DNA from: Azolla caroliniana
Taxonomy: Eukaryota > Plantae > Polypodiophyta
Length of the DNA stretch: 64,000 nt
Assembly (NCBI GenBank): GCA_043228905.1
Contig: JBHGNT010000020.1
Span: 7,688,001-7,752,000, forward strand
Direction: 5' to 3'
Made by a program: the position numbers and the translations under genes. Positions 25,496-36,946 of the stretch are shown here, in pieces. Below the pieces are notes generated by a model that made no database searches, had not been told where the DNA came from, and saw only the letters and a program-made list of their open reading frames with translations. The number at the start of each line of letters is the position of its first letter. Position 1 is the first letter of the stretch.

Positions 25496-25920
25496 AGGGG
25501 AGTGCAAAAGCTAGCAAAGAGAGCAGTTTCTTTTTATTCATTGAATTTCTCTCTCTCTCTCTCTCTTCCTTCATTTATTTACATATTTATTATATATATA
25601 TATATGTATATACATACATACATACATATAGTATATGCATACATATATATATATATATGCATGTATCATGTATGTATAATACATACATATACAGTCTTAT
25701 ACATAGATATATACTTATGTATACATACATATACATACATACATATATGTATATATATATATATGCATACATACATACATATATGTATATATATATGCAT
25801 ACATACATACATATATAGATATATACTCTCTCTCTTTTTGCTTGTTTATTCTATTAAAAAATAGTCTCCTCTTCCTCTTCCTCTTTTTTCTTCTTTCTTC
25901 TTTCTTCTTTCTTCTTGCAT
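25341..25920. repeat. Microsatellite cluster: (AGATC)n, (AG)~30, compound (TA)/(TACA)n, (CTT)n upstream of pGlcT
   Basis: Seen directly. It explains the spurious ORFs at 25374-25864. Confidence 0.95.
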
Positions 25921-26924
25921 TTCTCTTTCTTTGTCTTGCTCACTTTATTGTGAGAAGAGAAGAGCTACTTTGACTCATACCTCCTCCCTCCAAAAGCATA
26001 GGTAATGCTCTCCTTATTTAGATTATTAGATAAGATAAATAGGAGATTGAGATTGAGATGAGTGTGATTTGATTGATTGTTTACTTGATGATTATCATGG
26101 CCTAAATAGGACACCACCAAGACAAAGACAAGACAAAAAGACAAAGAGAGGTTTGTCTTGAAGCAAATTGATGAATGATTGAATGAGATCTATATTCTTT
26201 TCTATACATATGCATGTATGTTATGCTTGGATAACCCGTGCATAGCCACGTTGATCATGTCAACAACTCCGTGACCGTGACCAGGAGCTCCTCCATGCAT
26301 TCATAGATATGAAAAAAGAAAGTGTGCACACACACACACACACACATCTATTGATCAACAATGTTTAAAAGGAATAACAAAAGACATTATTATGGACAAG
26401 GCTGATTTGATTGCAACGATGACTACACACACACATATAGTTTTGGCCTTATTCAAGAACCCAATTCCACCTTCTTTTAATTCTCAACCTTTGCCTTATC
26501 TAATTTGAAGAATGCATAATATGTAGTCGCACTAGAGTAAGACAGTTGGCTCTCGGCACAAGCTCATGGGTACAAATACGGTTGCACCTCTTTATTACAC
26601 CATAGACCACTTGGGCTACATTGCATGCTATGTATTTGGGCATCTCCACGTCAACTACGGAACCTACTTGTTATCACAATTTTGCCACATGCGACATATT
26701 TTTACCTCATAAGAGATAATAAGAAATCTATTTTTTTCCACAAATGTTTGTATGTATTAAAACAACATGATGATTAAAATAAACCCCATGCCTATCCTTA
26801 GTATAATAGTGACATGCTCTTATGGCAAGGTTAACTCTCTAAGGTGTTCCAATACTAAATGACACAAATGGAATTCCAACCAAGGACGAGGTGTCCGTAG
26901 ACTTTAGATGCAAAATTTACCAAA

Positions 26925-27365
26925 TCAATTATCCTTTAAACCTATGAACTTGTTGTTACACTCCATGTAGTCCGTCAAAACGGAACTCAACTTCCCTTTC
27001 ATCCTACAGAGTTGTTGTGTTAACCCATGAAGTCCATCAAACAAGAACCTATTTCTCATGGTCCAATTAAACCACATCCCCCAATACCTAAGGTAGTCAA
27101 ACACAACCTTATATGATGGTGTGGGCATGCCTTTATCATCATTAATAAAAACCCAATTAAAAGGTGACGGAATATTGCCTGTTATAGATGCCCAAATTTG
27201 TGATATAACAACCCAAATGGCTTTAGCAACCGGACATATAATGAACCTATGTCTACCATCTTCCTGAACCACCGTGCAAAAAAAACATGCCCCATTTGAA
27301 ATATTTCTACATTTTAAAGCCATCGCCAAAGGCAACCCACCAACAATCACACGCCAAAGAAACAC
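26925..27365 (-). mobile_element. 5'-truncated L1 LINE fragment (zf-RVT C-terminus of ORF2)
   Basis: FLWRVIVGGLP...CFFC...EDGRHRFIICPVAKAIW...WFNWTMRNRFLFDG. It abuts a (CT)n tract at 27382-27418. Confidence 0.85.
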
Positions 27366-27378
27366 CTTAGCACGGAAA

Positions 27379-27419
<41 letters not shown>

Positions 27420-27829
27420 GATCATATTTGAGCTCAAAAGATGATAATGATTCTCCTTACCATAGCGTTAAGTTATTTAGACTACCAATTCTTAAGACCT
27501 TGGGTTCAAGGCTCAAACATCATACCTCTTTTTTACCCTCGTTCCTTCTAGAATTAACCTACACGAACTCCTCATAAGATCAGGGAGAAAGTACAAAAAA
27601 ACCTATCTCATGATTAGTTATGGTTATGCATGTATTGTCTTCCCCCATTTTAAAACATTGAGCTCTTGCAATGACTATTTGAAGGAAGTGTGTTTTGATG
27701 TATTTTGCCAAGTAGAATATTAATCAAATAGGGAAATAAAACAATACAGTTGAGAACTATGAAAGGTTCGCAAACTTGTGGGGTTAATTTCGTACACTTA
27801 CTCATAGACAAAGTCTTAGAGTTTAAATT

Positions 27830-28783
27830 TACACCAAGCATCTCCGAAAAATGCTGCAACTTGTCGGTTCCTAGTGCCTTGATGAAGACGACAACTTGCC
27901 TATCTGTGCGAACATACCGGAGTTTGACTTCACCGCTGAGGACCCGCTCGCGTATAAAGTGATAATGCACTTTTATGTGCTTCGTTTGAGCATGGGGCAT
28001 GGGGTTCTTGGCTAGTTGTATGCTACTCATGTTGTCATAGTAGATTGGGATCGGAGTTGGTACTTCTATCCGGAGGTCTTGCAACAGCCACCGAAGCCAA
28101 ATGACTTCATAGGTGGCAATAGTAGCGCCCCGGTACTCCGCCTCAATGCTTGATAGGGCCACCGTCAATTGCTTCGTGACGCTCCACACAACAGAAGCGC
28201 TACCAAGAGAAAACATAAATCCGGATGTTGACCGTCCATCCGACACATCTTCGACCCAGTCAACATCTGTATAATCGACTAGCTTCTCGGTTATATTGTG
28301 TTGGTATAACAATCCCCGATCCTTAGTGCGGTTTACATACCTAAGTATTCGGTGCGCGCACTGAAGGTGCTCCACGGTCAGCTTTTGCATAAACTGACTT
28401 ATCACCCCGTATGGATAGCTAATGTCAGGTTAGGTGATAGCAAGATATATGAGGCTTCTGACAATTTGTCGGAACTGTTTCTCATCGTAGGCCGGTCCGG
28501 AGTCGGTCTAGGGGTGTGGAGATTGGTCGGCAATCTGTCATTCTGAACTTGAACAACATATTCAACACATAGTGGCATTGTGAAAGCAATATGCTGTCGG
28601 GGGTATGGATCACTTCGATCTCGAGGAAGTAATGAAGGTCCCCCAGGTCCTTCATTTTGAATGCATCCGTTAGTTGGGACTTGACTCAGATGATTTCAGT
28701 GAGTCTGGGTCTGGTGATGACTAGATCATCCACGTAAAGCAAGATGCATACTGGACCTTCCAGACCTTTTTGGATGAACAACA
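27830..28783 (-). mobile_element. Ty1/copia RT/RNase H fragment J (related to element I at 57.9-63.4 kb), cut by the LTR of element C
   Basis: LYVDDL, HLQCAHRILRY, YTDVDW, SSIEAEY, TKHIKVHYHFIRE. Confidence 0.88.
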
Positions 28784-30371
28784 TGTTGGGAATATGTCCC
28801 TCCAGTGGGAGGAACCAACTGTTCGGAAGTAGCCGATAGTCGAAGAGTCGAAGGAACCGATTGTTCGGAAATAGTCGACAGTCGAAGAGTCGAAAACAGG
28901 GAGTCGATTATGTAAACAGATTATTATTATTGTTATAGTAATAATAATAGTAATGATATGTAGCAGTGGCTACAATTGTAAATAGTTCATACGATGTATA
29001 AAAAAAGATACATCTAGGGTAAACAGATGCGAGGTGTGTATAGAACAGAAGTAGCGTGTGAGGGTGAGAGATAGAGAGTGAGTGAGAGCGACGCCATAGT
29101 TGTGTGCATAACAGTAGACGCCAAGAGCCCTGGGTGGCTGATACACTCGAGGAAGTGTTGTAATCTCTGTGTTGTATATCCACTATACATAGTGAAGCTC
29201 TGTTCTTGTGGTTTTCTCTCGTTTTTTAGGGTTTCCATGTTAAATCTCTGTGCACCATTGTTGTCCTGTTTTTCTGGCATATCTGTGATTTGTATTTCAA
29301 CACAGTTCGTTTATTGTGATTTGACTGAACGATTTCTCAACAAATGGGTATCAGAGCTCGAGGTGCAAGCATGGAAGGAGGTGTGAGCATTTTCCCATGT
29401 ATGATAGTTCTAAACTCACAGAACTATGCAGATTGGAAGATAAAGATGGAAGACCTTCTCATCGTGAAAGACCTGTATGAGCTAGTCGACAAAGCAGATA
29501 TACCCAAGGGGGTATTGGAGTCAGATTGGAAACTTCTAAATAGAAAGGTAGTGGCCACCATCCGACAATGCGTGGACATAAGTATCCTTCAGCATGTGGC
29601 GAACGACATGAATGCCCACGAGATGTGGCAGAAGTTGTCGGGTCTGTATGAGAGGAAGAACGTGCTCAATAAAACCTCGTTGATGAGAAAAATCGTAAGG
29701 CCAAAATACAGAGACGGTGAGAGCATCGTCGAACACATCAACACGTTCATGGGGTATGTAAATCAACTTGTTGCGACCAAGTTTCCCTTAGATGATGCAA
29801 TGCAGGCCCTCTTGCTGATGTGCACACTACCAGACAACTAGGAGAACCTAGTGGTTACTCTTAGCACCTCTTGTCAAGAAGAGAACTTGTCTTTACAGAC
29901 GGTGAAGACAAGCATCCTAAATGAGGAGGCAAGGAGGAAGGACAAGGGAGTCCTGTCCCAGTTGGAGTCGAATGTAACACAACATTCAGACAAAGGAAGG
30001 AATCGGCAAAGAAGTCCACCAAGGAGAGAAAAGTCCCAAACCAAATCGAAGTCCAGAGGTAAGCTAGTGTGCTTTTACTATGGTAAACCTGGAAACTTCC
30101 AAAAGGACTCCCAACACATGAGAAAAGACAAGGGTGTCGGAAACAATGTCGAACCTAGGAAGATTCCTAATGAGAATAACCCTTCTGCCATTGCTACGAG
30201 CAATGACGAACTGTTGTTCATCTGTGAATAGACAAGTACAAATCTTGCAAGTGAGAATGCACTTGGGTGATCGATTTCGGGGCATTGTTCCACATAACTC
30301 CGTCGAGAGAGTATTTGTCAACTTACATAGCCGGAGATCATGGTTATGTGAAAATGGGTGATAGTGGAGAG

Positions 30372-30641
30372 TGACAGGAACTACACACTCCCGATGAACA
30401 ACGCTCGGCCACAACCAAGCTTAGAATCAAACACAGAAAAATGGGAATGAAGGCACGACACAATGGAGAGAAGAGTACACAGGATGTTAATGTGGAAAAC
30501 CCAAACTAGGGAAAAACCACGGCAGCCCACAGACTGCAAACTATCACTATATCACAATGTACAATGGTAAAGCACCGAGGCAACGACCTTGAGCTTGTTA
30601 ACTTCGCCACAGGCAACGGTTACAAAAGAGGCAACGACCTC

Positions 30642-30689
<48 letters not shown>

Positions 30690-33600
30690 CACTGTTGCGC
30701 TCTATTCTTGTGCCAACAAGAATGACAACAACCTTTTATTCCACTAAGTTTGCCCTAAGTCATATTTATACTAAAATGACTTTTCGACTATTTACAAATA
30801 TGGCCCCGATGGACTCTCAGAAACATATTTACGAATATGTCCCTTCATTCGGTGAGCACTCCTCACCGGGCTTGCATCATCCGGCGCTTGCCGGGCACTC
30901 ATCATACGAGCACTTCTCACCGGGTCTTCCGTTGCTGGGTACTCTATATCCGGTTCTCACCGGGTCTTCACCATCCGGCTCTTGTCGGGTACTCGTCATC
31001 CGGTTCTCACCGGGTCTTCCGTAGCCGGGTACTCCTCATCCGGTTCTCATCGGGTCTTCCGTTGCCGGGTACCCCTCATCCGGTTCTCACCGGGTCTTCC
31101 GTTTCCGGGTACCCCTCATCCGATTCTCACCGGGTCTTCCGTTGTCGGGTACTCCTCATCCGGTTCTCACAGGGTCTTCCCATTTGGAGGGACCTATTTC
31201 TTAACAAACTCCCCCTTCACTCCGGCATGGGATGTCTTACTAGACCAACCCGCTTCCGACATGCATCCAGCTTGTCAGGTGTTAGTACTTTGGTTAGCAT
31301 ATCTGATCCGTTCTCGGCCGTGTGGATCTTCATCAGCGCAAACTCCTGGTCATCTACTCTTTCTCGGATCCAGTGATACCTATGCTGGATATGGTTCGTC
31401 CGGGAATGGTAGGCCGCATTCTTAGCAAGGTAGATGGCACTTTGACTTTCACAATAGAGCCGGTATTCATCTTGCCGGATACCGAGCTCTTCGATGAAGT
31501 CCTTCATCCATAATATTTCCTTGCCGGCTTCCACAACTGCCATGTACTCTGCCCCCGTGGTTGACAACGCAACCGTCTTCTGCAGCCTCGACTACCACGA
31601 AATAGCTCCCCCTGCATATGTCATTACATACCCAGATGTAGACCGGCTGGTATCCACATCAGTTGACATGTTCGAATCGGTAAAACCGTCAAGTTGAGGT
31701 TTTCTGGAGCCGAATCGGAGACACATATTTGAAGTGCCCTTCAAGTACCGGAGTATCCATTTGACCGCGTTCCAGTGCTCCTTGCCGGGATTGCTCATAA
31801 ACCGGCTCACCACTCCGACTGCGTATCCTATATTCGGTCGGGTACACACCATTGCGTACATTAAGCTCCCGATGGCAGAGGCATATGGAACCTTCATCAT
31901 ATCCACCTTCTCTGCTTTCGTCTTCGGGCTTTGCTTACTGGATAACCTGCAGTTTGCCGGAAGTGTCGATCCGACCAGTTTCGCATCTAACATGTGAACC
32001 GCTGAAGCACCTTTGTCACGTACTTCTCCTATGACAACCACAATTGCTTCGTTGGCCGGTTCTGGATGATATGAATCCCCAACATCTGTCTTGCCAGACC
32101 CAAGTCTTTCATTGAGAAGGTCCGGTTGAGAGCCTTCTTCAGCATCCGTATTTTGGGTTGGTCCGTTCGACGATCAACATGTCGTCCACGTACAGAAGGA
32201 GTATCAGGAAGTCGCCTCCTTCGAACTTCTTCACAAACACACAGTGATCGGCCTGCGTCTTGTGGTACCCTTGATCGGTCATGAAGGAGTCGAACTTCCG
32301 GTACCATTGTCGGGGAGCCTGCTTCAGTCCGTACATGCTCTTCTTCAACCGGCATACCAGGTGCTCCTTCCATTTCTCCACGAATCCTTCCGGTCGCTGC
32401 ATGTAAATCTCCTCTTCGAGGTCACCGTGAAGGAATGTCGTCTTCACGTCCAGCTGCTCTACCTCGAGGTCCATGCTTGCCGCTATACTCAGCACTGTCC
32501 GGATGGAGGTCATCTTTACTACCGGGGCAAATATCTTGTCGAAGTCCACGCCCTTCTTCTGCTGGAACCCCTTCACCACGATCCTGGCTTTGTATCTCGG
32601 GGGGTTGACGGCATCTCCCAGTTTCAACTTGTACACCCACTTATTTCGGAGTGCCCGCTTTCCCTTCGACAACTCCACCAATTCGTATGTATGGTTCTCA
32701 TGCAGGGAATCCATCTCATCCTGCATGGCACTTAACCATTTGCGGCTGTGGGTGTCATCCTTCGCTTCTTCGAAGCTTTCCGGCTCCCCCTCATCGGTTA
32801 GCAGCACATGCTTTGCATCCGGAAATCTCTGGGGGGCCCTTCTCTCTCTGAGAGGATATCTCCGTCTCTGGGCTTTGGTATCCGGCTCCTCCACTTGCTC
32901 TTCATCCGAATCCAATTCGAGGTCTTGGCCGGTTCCGGTTTCAGCTTCCTCTACTTCTTCTTCTGCCGGTTTGGTATCCTCACCGTAACCGGCTAGTTCC
33001 TCGAGTGCTAACCGGTCTCTTGTTGGTTGGGTCTGCTTATCATAGAATCGATCCTTACCGGTCGACTCAAAGTTCATTATCTTCTTCTCCGACTCCCAGT
33101 CGGCGAGCGTCTTGTCCTCCATGAAGATAATATCTCGACTCTGGAATACCTTCTTGTCGACTAGGTCCCACACTTGGTAACCGAACTCATCGTCGCCGTA
33201 ACCGAGGAATATGCATGGCCGGGTCTTCGGATCTAGTTTTCCTCTCCAGTCCTTAGCTACATGCACATACGCAAGACACCCGAATACCTTCAGATGCCGG
33301 TAGGACACTTCCTTACCGGTACAGACTCTCTGTGGCGTGTCTTTGTCCAAGGGTACTGTTTATCACATATGTTGTTGTCGACAGTGCCTCAATCCAAAAC
33401 TTCTTGGGTAGTTTTGCATGCGCCATCATACTCCGGACCCTCTCCATTATGGTCGGGTTCATCCTCTCGGCCAGCCCGTTTAGTTCTGGCGTCTTCGGCA
33501 CAGTAAATTCGAGCCGGATTCCCTTCGAGCGATAGTACTCCTCGAACTGCCCCCGGTATTCACCTCCATTATCTGCTCGAACCGCCTTCAGCTTTCGGCC

Positions 33601-35545
33601 GGTTTCTCTTTCCACTCTCATGTGGAGCTCTTTGAAGACGGATAACACTTGATCCTTCGTCTTCAACGGTGTGGCCCATAGCTTCCGGCTGTGGTCATCT
33701 ATGAACGTCACGAAGTACTGCGATCCGGCATGTGACTTCGTGTCCACTTGACATACATCAGTATGCACCAACTCCAGTGGTGCATTACATCTCATCGGTG
33801 GCCTCGATCGGAAGGAGGTCCGGTTTTGTTTACCGGCCAGATAGTCAGTGCACTTCTCCAAGTGCACGTTCTTCACTGGAATGAGGTTGTCTTCTGCAAG
33901 CCTCTTCATCCCCTTCTCGCCCATGTGACACAGCCTCTTGTGCCACAACTCACCAGCAATGTCGGATGCCACGTTCACTTCCTCCGGACATACCCGGGCA
34001 TTCATCAGGTACAACGTGTTGACCTTTCGGGCCCGAGCCACAATCAGGCTCCCTTTGCTAAACTTCATAACACCGTTCCAGATGCTACCTGTGTAGCCTT
34101 CATCATCTAGCCGACCGGCTGATATCAGGTTCAGACAAACCTCCGGAACGTGTCAGACATCCTTCAGCAGCAACTTGCATCCGGTTGGTGTTGTCAGCCA
34201 CACATCTCCTTTGCCGACAATTCGGCATGTACCTTCATTCCCCATCTGAACACAACCGTGATCACTGGCTGAGTAGGATGTAACGACGCTCCGGGGTAAG
34301 GTGTAACGACGCTCCGGAGGTGACCACCCAGGTCATCTCGTCGTTGGCAAGGTTTAGATCACTCTCCTCAGTGATGAGCATCAACTCTTCTTCACTTTCC
34401 GCGATTGCCGTCGTTCCCTTCCGGTCTAGCCCCCTCCAGTCTTTGCCGTTCTGGTCCGGTGTCCGCTTCGAATCGGTACCGTCGGTTTCCTTGTCTTTTT
34501 GGAAGTGCCGACAGTTCTTCTGGAAGTGTCCCGGCTTGCCGCAATAGAAGCAAGTAGGCCTCTCCCTTGACTTTGACCGTGTCCCCGACATCTTCCGGTT
34601 CTGGGAACTACAGTTCCTTTGTCTTCCGCGTTCCGATTTGGTAAGGAGCGCTTTGGTGTTGGAGCTCGTATCCTTATCTTTCCAACGCGCCTCCTCATCT
34701 AGCAAGCTCGACTTCACTCTTGCTAGGGATAACCGTTTCCCTTCCGTCTCGGCGTTGCCCAAAGTGACAACCAACATCTCCCAGCTATCCGGGAGGGAAC
34801 CGAGCAGGAGTAGCGCTAGTACCTCATCGGCAAGAGGTACTTCCAATGATGTTGCTTGGTGTATCAGCCCCTGGAAGACATTCATGTGCTCCGCCATTTT
34901 GGAGTCATCTTGGTATCGGAGTCTTATTAGCTTCCGGAATACCGAAACCTGGTTAACAACATTTTTGTTCTGAAACATAATGCTGATCTTCTCCTAGAGC
35001 TCATGACCCTTGCTCTCTTCATTGAAGTTGTTGTATAGGCTCATGTCGATGAAGCACCGTATGTACGCCGTTGTCTTCATGTGCATCACCTCCCATATTG
35101 TGGCGTCGATTTTGTCTGGTCTCTTGTCCCCGAACTGAACCGGCAACCAAAGATCTTTGACCACGAGCATGTCCCTCATCTTCGACTTCCACACGGAATA
35201 GTTGGAGCCGGTGAGCTTGAACATGCCTCCCAACGATTCGTCCATTTTCTGTGTTGTTTCGCTCTAATACCACTTTGACAGGAACTACGCGCTCCCGATG
35301 AACAACGCTTGGCCACAACCAAGCTTAGAATCAAACACAAAAAAACGGGAATGAAGGCACGACACAATGGAGAGAAGAGTACACAGGATGTTAATGTGGA
35401 AAACCCAAACTAGGGAAAAACCACGGTAGCCCACAGACTGCAAACTATCACTATATCACAATGTACAATGGTAAAGCACCGAGGCAACGACCTTGAGCTT
35501 GTTATCTTCGCCATAGGCGGCGGTTACAAAAGAGGCAACGACCTC

Positions 35546-35587
<42 letters not shown>

Positions 35588-36732
35588 CACTGTTGCGCTC
35601 TATTCTTGTGCCAACAAGAATGACAACAACCTTTTATTCCACTAAGTTTGCCCTAAGTCATATTTATACTAAAATGACTTTTCGGCTATTTACAAATATA
35701 GCCCCGATGGACTCTCAGAAACATATTTACGAATATGTCCCTTCATCCGGTGAGCACTCCTCACCGGGCCTGCATCATCCGGCGCTTGCCGGGCACTCAT
35801 CATATGAGCACTTCTCACCGGGTCTTCCGTTGCTGGGTACTCTATATTCGGTTCTCACCGGGTCTTCACCATCCGGCTCTTGTCGGGTACTCGTCATCCG
35901 GTTCTCACCGGGTCTTCCGTAGCCGGGTACTCCTCATCCGGTTCTCACCGGGTCTTCCGTTGCCGGGTACCCCTCATCCGGTTCTCACCGGGTCTTCCGT
36001 TTCCGGGTACTCCTCATCCAATTCTCACCGGGTCTTCCGTTGTCGGGTACTCCTCATCCGGTTCTCACAGGGTCTTCCCATTTGGAGGGACCTATTTCTT
36101 AACAAACTCCCCCTTCACTCCGGCATGGGATGTCTTACTAGTCCGACCCGCTTCCGACATGCATCCAGCTTGTTAGGTGTCAGTACTTTGGTTAGAATAT
36201 CTGACCCGTTCTCGGCCTTGTGGATCTTCATCAGCGCAAACTCCTGGTCATCTACTCTTTCTCGGATCCAGTGATACCTATGCTGGATATGGTTCGTCCG
36301 GGAATGGTAGGCCGCATTCTTAGCAAGGTGGATGGCACTTTGACTGTCACAATAGAGCCGGTATTCATCTTGCCGGATACCGAGCTCTTCGATGAAGTCC
36401 TTCATCCATAATATTTCCTTGCCGGCTTCCACAACCGCCATGTACTCTGCCCCCGTGGTTGACAACGCAACCGTCTTCTGCAGCCTCGACTACCACGAAA
36501 TAGCTCCCCCTGCATATGTCATTACATACCCAGATGTAGACCGGCTGGTATCCACATCAGTTGACATGTTCGAATCGGTAAAACCGTCAAGTTGAGGTTT
36601 TCTAGAGCCGAATCGGAGACACATATTTGAAGTGCCCTTCAAGTACCGGAGTATCCATTTGACCGCGTTCCAGTGCTCCTTGCCGGGATCTCTCATAGGG
36701 TCTTCCCATCCGGAGGGACCTATTTCTTAACA
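30372..36732 (-). mobile_element. Ty1/copia D (Tnt1/Tork-like), full length plus a partial tandem second unit; TSD GAGAG
   Basis: TSD 30367-30371 / 36733-36737. LTR1 30372-31206, PPT 31207-31217, gag-pol 31217-35245 with several disruptions, PBS 35261-35272, LTR2 35276-36104, second PPT plus RNase H 36105-36690, LTR stub ~36690-36732. Confidence 0.95.
30860..31180. repeat. 40-bp CCGG-rich tandem array in U3 of D-family LTRs (also 35760-36078 and 50380-50603)
   Basis: Unit ACTCCTCATCCGGTTCTCACCGGGTCTTCCGTTGCCGGGT, ~7 copies, upstream (element sense) of TATAAATA at ~30763-30770. Confidence 0.93.
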
Positions 36733-36946
36733 GAGAGTACAAGATAGCCGGAGTCAGAAGTGTCCGCTTGACGACGTCGACAGGGTGTCGACTGACTCTA
36801 AAAGATGTTCGATATGTCCCCGACATCAGATTGAATTTGATATCGACTGGAAGGTTAGATGACGAAGGCTATAGTGGTAGCTTTTGGAATGGCAAGTGGA
36901 AGTTCTGCCGAGGAAATCTTATAGTGGCCAGAGCACAGAAAGAAGG

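Noticed and set aside
25374-25864. ORFs of 66-120 aa upstream of pGlcT
   Set aside because: They are translations of microsatellites.
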